A stretch of 64,000 bases of DNA from Callorhinchus milii (lineage: Eukaryota). The notes under the pieces are model-generated. The model was given only the letters and a program-made list of their open reading frames with translations. It was not told where the DNA came from and did not search any database. The DNA lies in the NCBI RefSeq assembly GCF_018977255.1, contig NW_024704742.1:3660001-3724000 (forward strand), given 5' to 3'. Within the stretch, counting starts at the first letter, position 1. Each line of letters begins with the position of its first letter. Of the stretch, positions 1-11,580 are shown piece after piece. Made by a program: the position numbers and the translations under genes.

Positions 1-883
1 TTTATGAATAATTATGGTGCGCCAAGTCAAAACAGGCATTTAAACAAGTTCCTTCACAGTGGAGCAAGATCTATGAATCATTTCATGCGCCTGCAATGTA
101 AACGGAGAGAAGCACAGAGAAGGGAGCACTGATAAAGTGTAGCTTGTCCATGGAAACCCCACGGAGGTCCTGCTGACTCCACAAGTCCACTCCAACCCAC
201 AATCTCCATAGCGCAGTGATCTCATCAGTCGGTCTGATGTGCATAGGATTCCAGCACAAGCACAAGATGCACTTTAGGTTTCAAGATGCCTTTTCCACCA
301 CAGAACCACAGTTAGTACAGTGTTTTATTTCCCCCCCCCCCCCAAGTTAAGCATTTTTTAACCTCTGTTAATTTACTAATCTATACATGGCTATTTGTGA
401 GTCATTGCTTTGTGCAAATTGGCTACCGCATTCATCCACAAAATACATTCACTACGCTTTATAGGCTTTTTTTTCCCCCCAATCTGAACATGTGACTGTT
501 TTACTCCTGCCCGGTCTCTATAAATATTAATGGAGAAATACGATGGCTGTGGAAGAAAAGAGGTAAAGTTGGCATCGGAATTCAAACCAAAGCGGAAGCG
601 TATCCTGACATCTCACTCTGATTTTCCTTTGGCACTGAGAACTTTGATCTGAACGGAAAGGTTTAAAACTATCAGCGCGGCACACGCCTTTCGTGTGCTA
701 ATGTTAAGACTTGCAGAAACCCATCACCGTGCTTCAGAGTATCCAAACCAGATCGAGAGTTCCATGTTTGTGTACCACCTGTACATGGAATCTTCTCTTG
801 TAACTTTTTAAATAAAAGTTACAATCGCCGTGCCGTTGGATGAAAGTTGAATAGTGGAATAATACTGGATAGAGGTGTCTAAA

Positions 884-1190
884 CCAGAGCACTCGCTTTG
901 CAAGTGAGAGACCTGAGTTCCACTCCAGGCAGAGGGCGAAACCTTGGGCAAGTTTCCTTACTCCACACAGAGCCTAATAATAATCCCTCCAAAACCAAAA
1001 ACAATAATAAATTGGTCATTTTCAATCTACGACTGTTTGTGGGACATTGCTGTGCGCAATTGGCTGCCGCGTTCGCCCACAAATATACAGTCAATTCACT
1101 TTACAGTGTGTTCTGTGAAGCGCTTTAGGACGTCCTCCCGACGTGAAAAGCGCTGTATCAAATGCAAGGATTATTATTATTATTATTATT
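884..1190 (+). mobile_element. tRNA-Ala-derived Deu-domain SINE, young subfamily A
   Basis: Partial tRNA head, Deu-like core gctgtgcgcaattggctgccgcgtt, tail stem-loop with a CTCCC loop, and (TTA)n. Near-identical to the copies at 5697, 15978, 26561 and 39790. Confidence 0.9.
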
Positions 1191-1225
1191 TATTCAATAT
1201 TCAAGAGCAGTCTTTTTTCTCATAC

Positions 1226-1360
1226 CTCTTGTTCTTGTGTATCTGGGCGGAGCTGGTAGATTTGCGTTTGGGTAATTTGCAGTGTACAGATGGAGGCTTT
1301 GTGATTGGAGCGATTAGCAGAGCATCCAGAAGAGATGGAGATACAACAGGATCAGAGAGT
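1226..1360 (-). CDS. PDLIM5: PDLIM5 cassette exon LSDPVVSPSLLDALLIAPITKPPSVHCKLPKRKSTSSAQIHKNK
   Basis: Very long pyrimidine tract plus ccgctag, donor GAG|gtatga, 135 nt, phase 2->2. Resembles the recalled mammalian SLLDALCISPVSKP...RKSTGS segment. Confidence 0.82.
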
Positions 1361-2222
1361 CTAGCGGGAACAGATTATCGGAAGGAAAAAGAAAGATAAC
1401 GGAAGAGGGGAATCAGAGAAGAAATACGCAGACGAAGCAGAAAATGGCCAGAAGCATTTGCAGGATGAAGGACATTAAAAAAAACGCACATTTTTTGGCG
1501 AAAGCCGGCTGCTGTTTTTTTTTAAAAACAAAAACAATATAAATATTCTCAACCATCAGATTTTAAAGTGCGTTTCTGGCGAGACAAAATAATAAAAACG
1601 TCTCTGGCATCTTGCTCGAATTAAAAGCTTAACGAAATGGCATTCCAATCGTTCGCAGAAGTGACTAAATGTGGCTGAAACATGAAATTCAAAGACCAGA
1701 GGGTCCTGAGCTCTAAATGTCCGACAATCTCTCTCTGTCTCTACCCCACCCTTTTCTAACACGCATGTCAAAATTACACACAATACTAGACGGGTTACAA
1801 TACAGGTATTTTTGGACGTTCTCCCCAAATTACTTCTGCTCTTCATCAATTGTGGAGATTTGATATATCTCCCTGTCTTCCCAACAGACTGACTTCAAGG
1901 TCCTCTCACTCACGTATAAACCTCTGCCCACTCTCTTCTGCTACTCCATGCCCCCCCTCCTCTCAGCTAACCCATTGCACGATCCCTCTACGCCACCATT
2001 GGTGACTGAGCCGTCAGCTTCTAACGCCAAGCTCTCTCCCTCTAAGCCTCGCTCTTTGCCTGCTGTCACGCGTTTCTCTCCATCTCAGCCTCAAACGACG
2101 TAATTATTAAGTGCTCCGAGAAACTACACGACGTGAAGGACACTACTGTATATAAATGCGAGGTGTTGTTATCTAGAACCCGAAACGCTCAGCATTTCAC
2201 CAGCTATTTATTCGTGTTCTAC

Positions 2223-2348
2223 CTATGTTGAGCAGTCACTACAGCAGCAATAGTGGCGGCAGCCCTCCTGGCCTTTGGGCTTTGTTTGGTCGGAGGTGGA
2301 CAAGGGGCAGACTTTGGCAGAGCAGCCAATGGATTCTCCAAGATTGTC
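2223..2348 (-). CDS. PDLIM5: PDLIM5 cassette exon TILENPLAALPKSAPCPPPTKQSPKARRAAATIAAVVTAQH(R)
   Basis: (CT)n tract plus ttcactcag acceptor, donor AG|gtagaa, 126 nt, phase 2->2. Resembles the recalled mammalian long-variant segments LEDLPKSGPHPP and AAATVSAVIATKTR. Confidence 0.78.
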   Translation of the reverse strand, partial: DNLGESIGCSAKVCPLSTSDQTKPKGQEGCRHYCCCSDCST

Positions 2349-3448
2349 CTGAGTGAAAGAGAGAGAGAGAGAGAGAGAGAACGAGAACAAATTGAGAAGC
2401 AGAGAGAAGACAAGAACTCAGCAGTAGGGGAAAGGGAGAGGCGTTCATCAGATAGCGAGGCTTTACAATACAAGGGGTTAAATTAAACGGGTAAGATTAC
2501 TTTTCTTTAAAAAATGCCAAACATTAAGAAAAGTCCGAAACGCACAGATTTAACATGTTGCTGTTTTAATACCGTTCAGAAAGTTCACTAACACTCCTGA
2601 ACTGTGTGATCAAACACGATTTGGAACAGAGCAGCTACGGAAAGATAAACAGGTGGGGTTCTCCTGGTCTGAACGGTTACCTCTGTAGAGGGAGAGACGA
2701 GAGTACAACTGATGGCCTACATGGGGACTTGTAGACAGCTGCTGATGAGTCGGTGGGCTCTCGAGGAACATCCACATGCCTGACCAATCACCCGATGTCA
2801 GACAAAGGCATTTGAAAGAAAAACAATCGTCACAAAAGTCAGATCAGTTGAACCTAGTGGCCATTTGTACTAAGGGAATGGAGAGGCAAAGACAGTGACG
2901 TCCCATTAATGTACCAAAGGGTTACTTGCATTCTATCAGCAGTATTTAAGGTTGTAAACAGCACAAACACTGAAATGGTATTTGTTCTTTCAAATACCAA
3001 AAGTCATTCGCAAATTATAAAAATATGCACACGCCTCCTACACAGTTAGAGCTGGGACTCACTAACCATTAGTCATTAAGAGCCAGAGTCTCGTCAAACT
3101 GAACCGCAAATTAAAAATTAATTTGTCACAAATGACTTTGTTTGCAAATACAATTGCCCAACAGCATCGGTATTCTCTGAACTATCCGAGCAGAACATTC
3201 TATTCTCTGCGATATCTTAAGCAGTCTATTAAACTACAATTTCTTCTCCTCCAGTTTGGATGTTAGTTTCCTCCTCCGCTCGGTACAACTGTTTATAGGC
3301 TATGAATTGGAACATCTTGTGAAACAATTCAAACAAAATACGTCTCGCACAATTAAACCAAATAAGGTCATCCAAAAAAGATTCACAAGACACCAGATTG
3401 GTAACGCTCACAGTTATGACAAAATTGGACGCGGCTTTGCTACTGTAC

Positions 3449-3575
3449 CTGTCTGAAACGACTGGAACATAGACAATAGGTTCAGCAGCTCTTACAGCTG
3501 ATATTGGAACCAGCAGTGGAACGGCAAGAGTGAGATCTTCATTGGTCTGTGTAGCTACTGATTGCTTCCCACCAT
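3449..3575 (-). CDS. PDLIM5: Candidate cassette exon (D)GGKQSVATQTNEDLTLAVPLLVPISAVRAAEPIVYVPVVSD(R)
   Basis: ttcttgcccactag|...GACAG|gtacag, 127 nt, phase 1->2. Together with the 275-nt form upstream it totals 402 nt, which is in frame. Confidence 0.35.
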
Positions 3576-3811
3576 CTAGTGGGCAAGAACCTACGTGGAC
3601 ATCCTGTGAAGTGCTTCGAGACGTCCTCCCGACGTGAAGCCCACTGTACCAAACAAACATAAGGATTATTATCCAGCTTGAAGCTCGCGAGCTTTAAACC
3701 GAGGGAAACAACTCGTTACGTAAAAACCACAATATCATTTACGACGGTCGATTCTTCCATCTACTGGTGCGATTAAGCTGCTTCTGTCGGCTGCAGAAAA
3801 CGTCAGCTCAC

Positions 3812-4086
3812 CGCTGCTCATGCACATCGGTAACTGTCCTACGTTAGTCACGGGTGCCGGTCTTTTTCTATACCTCTGGGAAACGGCAGGAGCAAAGAAT
3901 TCAGAAGCTTTTAGAGTCGGGGTGGGCGGTGTGACAGCGAGCACAGGAACGTCACACGCTTGAGTTGTCGCTGAACGTTTCCAGGTATCCACCGGGCAAA
4001 TCTTTGCATCGGCTTCACTGGGCAGCACTTCAATAGCAGTCTGGCTTGCGGGGGCCTTTTCAAAAGGTTCGGCGTTGCCTGAAGCG
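3812..4086 (-). CDS. PDLIM5: Candidate cassette exon ASGNAEPFEKAPASQ...FFAPAVSQR... (alternative donor at 3874)
   Basis: Pyrimidine tract tttgttttctttttgcccgcgaaag, open in phase 2 (ORF 3735..4115). Donors are AG|gtatag (213 nt, phase 2) or G|gtgagc (275 nt, phase 1). Confidence 0.45.
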
Positions 4087-5696
4087 CTTTCGCGGGCAAA
4101 AAGAAAACAAATCACTTTGGGCGGGTTGCGGAGGAGGGAGGGCAGGAGAGGACACTAGGGACAAAGTCATACAACAAGTACTTTTGCAGTTGTTGTCGAT
4201 TATTGTGTTAACTGATCTTTGCCCGTAATTTCAAGGAGATTCCTACGCAAGGCGAAGCACTCAGCTCCGTGTTTGATAGCTGTAATATGCAACTCAGTAG
4301 AATTATAATTAATGCACGTTATAAAACAGCTAAACTGCACAGTAAGCTTCAAAGAGAACAACCTACGTGAAAGTCCAGAATTTATAAATTTATGAAGCGA
4401 GAGTGACAAAGAGGCTGTAATTTCGCACAACTTTCAGAACTGTGCTGTGGAACCTTTCGTGAGTTCCCTGACTGGATAAACGCAACAACTAACTATACAT
4501 TTATTTTCTCTGGAAACTTATTTACACAGTGTCTTTCACGCGTGGGAGATTGTCACCTGAGATAGGGGTGGGAACCGAGGAGGGTGGGGTGGGAAAAGGT
4601 GACCGAAAGTGCACTCGAAGGGGTAGGTTCTTGAACACATTATCACCAAACACCGACAGGGAAGGTAGCTCATGATTATTATGAATAATATGCAAATAAA
4701 AGATCTTAAATCGGGATTGCTATCATCATGTCATGAACTCAGCTTTGGCTTTCTTTAGCCCATTTCATTCCTGATACTCACTGCGTTCACCTACTACACT
4801 TTTCCCCCTCACCCTGAAGGAATCATCAGCCATAAAAAGGTGAAGTGCTCAATGCACCCGACACTGGGGTTCCAGCACAACTTACAATTATTTTGCACCC
4901 TTCACGCGGGTAGCTTGGTGGAAGACTTAATAGTGTCTTGGGGCTAAGTTGGTGGGGGGGGGTGTGGGTCTGTGTGTGTGTGATCAAATTCTTTATCCCA
5001 AATTTTGTGTGGTATCTCAGGCAAAGGAACTGAAAGGCTTAGATTTGGATCAAGTCCTGAGCAGTTCAGTGTCTGCAGGGTTTGGTATGGAGACTGCACA
5101 TAGACATAGAAGGAAAAAGTTTCCAGGCAACACACGGGTTGGTTTGAGATTATTCTGGTGTAGGGCCAGACTGTATCCAGGCCTCCAAGGGGCGAGTTAT
5201 TGTACTGGCTTTAAATTTCTTTTTGGCAAGGTTTAGGTTGTTTTTTTTTGTTGAGCATTTTTTAAAAAAAATGGTAGCTCTCTCCGCCCACCCACCACCC
5301 ACCGTTCCCGAGCTGGATAGATAAATTCCCAGGTATCTGCTCAATGGTAACTCCGTAACTAGTCATCCTCCCTCGTGTTGCCTCCACCTAGGGTTCTGCC
5401 CAGCAGGTCTCACCAGCGTAATAGCAAAGATTGTAAGATTGAGAACTCGTGGGAGGATTCAAAGACACCAACTCATTTCACGTCACCTTAGCTCATCGCT
5501 TGGCCTACTACACTGTAAATTCCGCAACCTCGGTCTTTACACTGGAACAGAACTGTCCACGTGGAACCCTTTCAGCCAGGAGTGGAAAAAAAAAACAGTC
5601 ACTTCCTCAGTATTGGGTAAGAGCAAAGCCAGAGAAGAAACGTTAAAGTGCTTAATGCACCTGACACTGGGGTGCCAACAGCATGGCACCCTTCAG

Positions 5697-6000
5697 GGGT
5701 TAGAGCACTCGCCTCGCAAGCGAGAGACCTGAGTTCGATTCCAGGCAGAGGGCGAAACCTTGGGCAAGTTTCCTTACTCCACACAGAGCCTAATAATAAT
5801 TCCTCCAAAACCAAAAACAATAATAAATTGGTCTTTAATCTACGACTGTTTGTGGGACATTGCTGTGCGCAATTGGCTGCCGCGTTCGCCCACAAATATA
5901 CAGTCAATTCACTTTACAGTGTGTTCTGTGAAGTGCTTTGGGACGTCCTCCCGACGTGAAAAGCGCTATATCAAATGCAAGGATTATTATTATTATTATT
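5697..6000 (+). mobile_element. Deu-domain SINE, subfamily A
   Basis: Same sequence as 884-1190, with B-box gagttcgattcc. Confidence 0.9.
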
Positions 6001-6069
6001 CACGCAGTTAGCATCTCGGAGCACTTAACAGTGTTGTGTCTCAACATCAATTGCCATTCAAAGTCAGGC

Positions 6070-6292
6070 AGAGGAGGGGGAAGATGGAGGGATGGAGGGA
6101 TTCAGGCAGGGAGCTCCAGAGATTTGCGGCATTGTAGTTTTTTTGAGGAGCGGGATGATGATGGGCTGTTTTGGCGGAGAGTGGAAAGGTGCCAGAGAAG
6201 AGGGACAGGTTGACTATGTCCACCAGTAGGAGAGGAATGGCAGCTAGGAGGTCAGTGCTGGGTGTGGATGGGGGTCAAGGGAGCAGGTAGTA
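6070..6292 (-). mobile_element. Decayed L2-clade LINE ORF2 fragment
   Basis: The minus strand gives frameshifted TCSLDP / LPFL / GTFPLS.KTA.I.PLLKK-like pieces typical of the region just upstream of the L2 RT domain. Confidence 0.6.
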
Positions 6293-6332
6293 AGGTTCAT
6301 CTGTTTGATGAGAGGTAGCAGGACAAGATAGA

Positions 6333-6700
6333 AATAATAATAATAACCCTTGCATTTCATACAGCGCCTCGTCACGTCTTCGAGACGTCTCAAAGCGCTT
6401 CACATAATACACCGCGAAGTGAATTGACTGTATATTTTGTGGGCGAAACCGGCAGCCAATTGCGCACAGCAGCGTCCCCACGAACAGTGGCGGATTGAAG
6501 TGACCAAATAATTATTATTTTCTTTGTGGAGGGATTATTAACCCCGGAAAAGCGACTAACAACCGGGTTCCTACTTACTGCTGGGTAAACCTAGCGTGTG
6601 GAGTAAGGAAACTTGCCCAGCGTTTCACCCCGACAGGGAATCAAACCCAGGTCTCTCGCTTGCGAGGCGAGTGCTCTAACCACCGAGCTACAGGACTCCA
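6333..6700 (-). mobile_element. Deu-domain SINE, subfamily B, full length
   Basis: Head ggagtcctgtagctcggtggttagagcactcgcctcgcaagcgag with A and B boxes, central segment present, TCGAA-loop tail, (TTA)n. Confidence 0.9.
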
Positions 6701-8629
6701 AACGGGGCCAAAAGCGGAGAAGAGGGAGCAGCAATAGAACAGGGAAGCGTGCAAAAAAAAAAAAGGGGGAGTGGGTTGCTTAAAAAAGTCCCGAAGGAAA
6801 GAGCAGTTGAGGACAACAATGGCCTGTAGCAAACATTGTGCATCGTAGTACTATGTTGAGGTGACATTTGTTAACATAAAGCTCACGAAGTAACTTGTGA
6901 TAACACAGAAAGTCAAAGGTTGTGCTTTAATCAGTGGCTGCAAAGTGAAGGTTAATCTAAGAAGAACCGGGTGCTCTAATCAGCCAACAGACTTAACTGG
7001 ATCTGGCTTCGTGCAATTTGGCTGAACGCAAGTGGAATGTCTTTCATACAGGTCTGAACCAGCCGTGCAAATAACATCAAACAGACCCATTTTCGTACAC
7101 GGTGACTCGAGGAGTTGCACGAGCGTTCACGATCAAATTCGCGGTGAAGCAAAAAGCAACGTGCCTTTACTCCGAAAGCATTTCGCTGTCGCAGGGACAC
7201 ACCCTACACGTGCCCCAACGGAAGGTGGCAATTCTTGCCCCATCTGGCATCAGCGATAACAGCACAAGTCTGGCCCGAATACATCACAGGCTGCGTCCAG
7301 TCCACTGCTACTGACTCTCTACTGTAGATGGCATTGTTGCTTAAACCTTTTCACTTAATGTGGGTATAAATAGCTATTGCGAAAGGAAATGAGCACAAAG
7401 CGATTGTGTTGTGCTGCAACAGCACCATCTACAGCCACGGAGTAACGAAGACTTACTAGCTGCAGAGTGGGTAGAAGTGCCAAGTATCTAGCTTTTTTTT
7501 TTAATCCGCCTGCTCTACGCGACCTTTCGTTGGTGCTCTCCCACATTTCACGTTGAGCTGCGCTGCAGTTACTCAAATGAGTAACGAGCGATTATCCTCC
7601 CTGGGGATGGGAAAGAGACAAACGGGGTCGCTTTGGAGCGGAACTGGCTCCAAGGTGACGTGGCTGGCAACAGAACATCAGGATCGAGTCAATCCTCTGT
7701 GGTGGTCTTGGTAGTCTGGTTCCGAGTGAGCAGTACAACCGTTAAGGCATCTCTGTCAGTGAGTGCGTAGTTAGTGACATTCATAGGTATCGCCGTTTGT
7801 GACATTCGTTGTGAGGGTAACGCTTTGTGATGCTAAGCCACAGATGACTGTGCGTTGTTAGGTTTTGCCCGTATCTGTACCTTATTTCTCCATTTCCTGT
7901 TCCACACTTCCTGAAGGTTTGAAAAAATAAGGAAACCAAAAATTAAAGGTGCAGAAGTCTTTTCGATAAGATAAGGCTCCTCCAAGTCAGGCCATTCCAC
8001 TTTGAATGAAGTCACCGGCGGGAGATTTGTTAACGATCGAGGACAGATCACGGAAATAACTTAATGATAGCACTTCATCGAGTATGGAGTCACTGGACCT
8101 CAGAACTGACTAAACTGTCATTTTATTCAAAGGGAAAAAAAATGCTAAAAGTCTCCAAACTGTCATCCCTGAAAGCTTCACTATGAGTTCACATTGAACC
8201 ACGCTCCTTAAAGTCGTTGCATCGAAACCTCTCGCTTTACTATGTTAAGTTGCCGGAATTTCCAACAGTTAAATAGCAAATTGATTATAAATTTCGAGGT
8301 GGAAATTGAAGGGTAGCAATGACTTCGACGATGCGGTTTTAATGACTGACAACGTCAAGAGTTAGCACTCAAAACTCACGGCCAATGCAAGATAAAGGAG
8401 GCAAAATTAATCCATAACATTTCTGCCCTTCAATCACACCTCAATACCATCGCTGTGCAATAGTATTTGGTGGCAAATACAGGCAGTAAGCACCAGCCTG
8501 GAGTGTCCTGTCCTCTTTCGGCTGACAGTCTTCTCTGACAATCATCAATGTAGGACATGTGAAAGTCAAGTGTAAAGCGCTTTGAGATGTCATCCTGATG
8601 CGAAAGGTGCTATATGAATGTAAACCAGG

Positions 8630-9112
8630 CTCCGTGACCCCATCACTCCCACCCTCTCCCGACTCCACTGGCTCCCCATCCCCCAGAGGATCGAGTTCAA
8701 GATCCTCGTCCTCACCTTTAAGGCCATCCATGGCCTCGCCCCCTCCTACCTCTCTGACCTGCTGACTCCCTACCAACCTGCCCGCTCCCTCCGTTCAGCG
8801 AGCTCCGGGCTGCTCCATGATCCGCCCTACCATCGGCGGCCGGGCTTTCAGCCTCTCTGCCCCCACACTCTGAAACCCCATCCCACGGTCCCTTGGCCTC
8901 GCTTCCTCCCTCGCCTCCTTCAAGGCCGGTCTCAAGACCCTTCTCTTCGATCGTGCCTTTGGTCTCCCTCCCACCTCTCTGCCTTCCCTCACCCCTACAC
9001 CACCCCTCCCCCCATGCTCGGGCCCCGACACCTGACTGTTCAGTGCTTTGGGATGTCCTCCCGATGTGAAAGGCGCTCTATAAATGTCATTTTGCTGTTG
9101 TTGCTGTTGTTG
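8630..9112 (+). mobile_element. L2 LINE 3' end (ORF2 C-terminus, 3' UTR and tail)
   Basis: Encodes PITPTLSRLHWLPIPQRIEFKILVLTFKAIHGLAPSYLSDLLTPYQPARSLRS...GGRAFS and ends in a stem-loop followed by (TGT)n. Confidence 0.9.
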
Positions 9113-9333
9113 TAAACTGTATAATTGCACAAATTGTGGAACAAACTAAACAGAACTGAACAAGCTTTCCTGGCTTAAAAGACATTAATTAAAACAGTAA
9201 ATTCCTGTGAAGTGCTTCAGGACATCGATGACCTGACGAGATGCTATATCAAAATGCAAGGATCATTATTATTAAAGGTCTGTGAGAAAACGGAATATTT
9301 GGAAGGAAGATAAGGGAGCGGGAGCAAAATAAT

Positions 9334-9635
9334 AAATAATAATAATAATCCTTGCATTTGATGTAGCGCTTTTCACGTCTTCTAGATGTCTCAAAGCGCT
9401 TCACAGAATATAATAGAGTGAATTGACGGTATATTTTTTTACGCACAGCAGTGTCCCACAGACAGTCGTGGATTAAAGTGACCGATTTTTTTTATTATTG
9501 CTTTTTTTCTTGAGGGATTATTATCAGGCGTGTGGAGTAAGGAAACTTGCCTAAGGTTTCGCACTGCCGGGAATCCAACCCAGGCCTCTCGCTTGCGAGG
9601 CGAGTGCTCCAACCACTGAGCTACAGGGCTACAGG
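9334..9635 (-). mobile_element. Deu-domain SINE, internally deleted
   Basis: tRNA head, no central segment, B-like tail loop, (TTA)n. Confidence 0.88.
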
Positions 9636-9745
9636 AAATCCCAGTTATTGGTAACATTTCAACGCACGTAGTCACAAGCATCATTCCAAAACCACATACA
9701 AGGGGATATTTCAATAAATTTAACACTTAAATAAGTTAAAGCAGG

Positions 9746-9751
9746 TTTATT
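9746..9751 (-). terminator. Candidate poly(A) signal (AATAAA) of the short isoform, giving a 3' UTR of about 1.85 kb
   Basis: AATAAA on the minus strand in an AU-rich context, followed by U/GU-rich sequence (ttgtatgtggttttgg). Confidence 0.45.
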
Positions 9752-10735
9752 AAAATACCAATAAACAGCAAACAGCATATATAGAGAAGTAAATATTTAA
9801 TATAATACAAATATATTACAGATTGAAATGCAAATCGAGGCGTCAATTGATTTTTCTTGGCTCTCCCGAATTTGCTTTAACTAATAGTCACTCCTGTTTT
9901 GCTTCTGAACACTTCTTCAATGAAAGAAAACCCTCACATCCAACTCCTTCAGAACGTCTTTCCCAAACATTCAAATGGAGCTGGTCACCAGCCCATTTCT
10001 CTCAAGGGGACAATCTTTCCATTCATACAGTGACTGATCAATCCAACTCCATTTCTCTGCGGAGCTTCATAATGTATTGTGCTCATATACCATGTAGGCC
10101 ACGCACAGCTATGCCGCACACGCCCACAAATATGCCACACCCGCACACATCCAGGCCACGCACGCACATAAATAGGCGTGGGGGTTGTCAACTTTCCAGT
10201 GACTCAAATCCGAACGCTAGGGTCTACTACCATCCAGTATGTTTCTTGTGCATGTTCTACGCTCTGCACAGGTCTGGCCATTGTGGGTGCTGGGAGTTGT
10301 ACTTCTGCCACCCGGTTCCCTCCTCTCTGACCCCAGGACACCCCTGAGGCCTGACACGAGCTGACTGCATCCAAGATGGTGACACGGTGGCTAAGCCGGG
10401 GGGGTTGGGGGGTGGGGTGGGTGGGGGGTGAAAGCGCAGTCACTTAGTAACAGAGCAGGCACGCAAGTAATGAGATAATCTTACGCCTGCCATCATTTGG
10501 TGTCCGGTCAATACTTCTGACTAGACCCTGTACAGATTCCCTTAAAGCTGGACTTTCTGGTGCAAAATCGGACAGTTGGCAATGTTAGACACACCCCCGC
10601 ACACGCAATACGCACAGAAATATTAACACATACTCACACACGCACGCACCCTTACGCAGATAAACCAGAGTCGTACTCGCAGAGACACACACAGCCACAC
10701 AGGTGGCTCTCCCTTGTGGGAGAGACAGACTCTCC

Positions 10736-10739
<4 letters not shown>

Positions 10740-10766
<27 letters not shown>

Positions 10767-11150
10767 TTCAAAAATATATTTTAAAACAAATGATTATTAT
10801 TATTTGTTTTAGTTCTAACAGTTCCTCCGAGTTCTCTATTTCAGTTGCTTTGTAAAGAGATTTTGCAATATGAAGATTTTGTTATGTACCCAAACTACGA
10901 TTTGAGGAAAAAAAAGGTGTTTTTAGTGTCTTTCGCGCCAGGGAAAACCGTTTAACAATTCATACGTGCTGACTGTGGCTTTCGGACAGGTCATGAATCC
11001 AGGCATCATCAGGAAATGCTCATATCAACAAGTGCCAATGCCTGAAAACTGCTATATCGGTAAGAGAACACGCACACACCACACACACACACACTACAAT
11101 CCACACACACACGCACACAAACACAACACACACACACACACACACACAAC
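10740..11150. repeat. (CA)n microsatellites at about 10740-10765 and 11069-11150
   Basis: Direct inspection. Confidence 0.9.
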
Positions 11151-11580
11151 ACAGTCCATTTCTCGGCAAATGTTTACCTGCAATCTCAAACGTGCACACA
11201 TCTGACCTATCTCTTAACTTCTTTACTGAACTCTTTAAGTGACTTGAGAGCAGCGCCGGGAGCTAAAAAAAAAAAACAGCTCACTGTAGTTTTCTAAGTG
11301 TCTGCACGCTGTGCGGATGAGCTGCTGCTTAAGAACTTTAGAGGAGAAAAAAATAAAACACTCACGTTTCAACAATCCAACGCTAGTCGTCAATTACGCC
11401 ACTTTTTTACTGAAAGTGGAATTTCAAAAGAAAGAAAAACAGCAGTAATGTACTACTTCAGAAATAGAAGCAAAGTATAGGATTGCTCGAAGGGCCAAGC
11501 CAACAGATTTCCCACCACCCCCCCCCGACCCCCAACCCCCGCCCCCACCTCCCCTTCAGCCCGTCGCTCTGTCACTAAGT

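Noticed and set aside
40..130. Acceptor-like tract ctccgtttacattgcag
   Set aside because: The required phase-2 frame stops after three codons and I recognise no homology.
728..778. Possible 51-nt exon WYTNMELSIWFGYSEAR
   Set aside because: The splice sites are weak and it lies within a family X repeat fragment.
879..1399. Recurrent ORFs such as MGKFPYSTQSLIIIPPK / [16 protein letters not shown]
   Set aside because: They are translations of the multi-copy SINE, not genes.
2600..2705. Strong acceptor ctctccctctacag|AGgtaacc
   Set aside because: All three frames reach stops before a convincing donor, and a 2-nt exon or recursive site cannot be supported.
6630..6700. tRNA-Ala-like sequences
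   Set aside because: These are SINE heads continuous with the Deu core and tail, and the acceptor stem is not intact.
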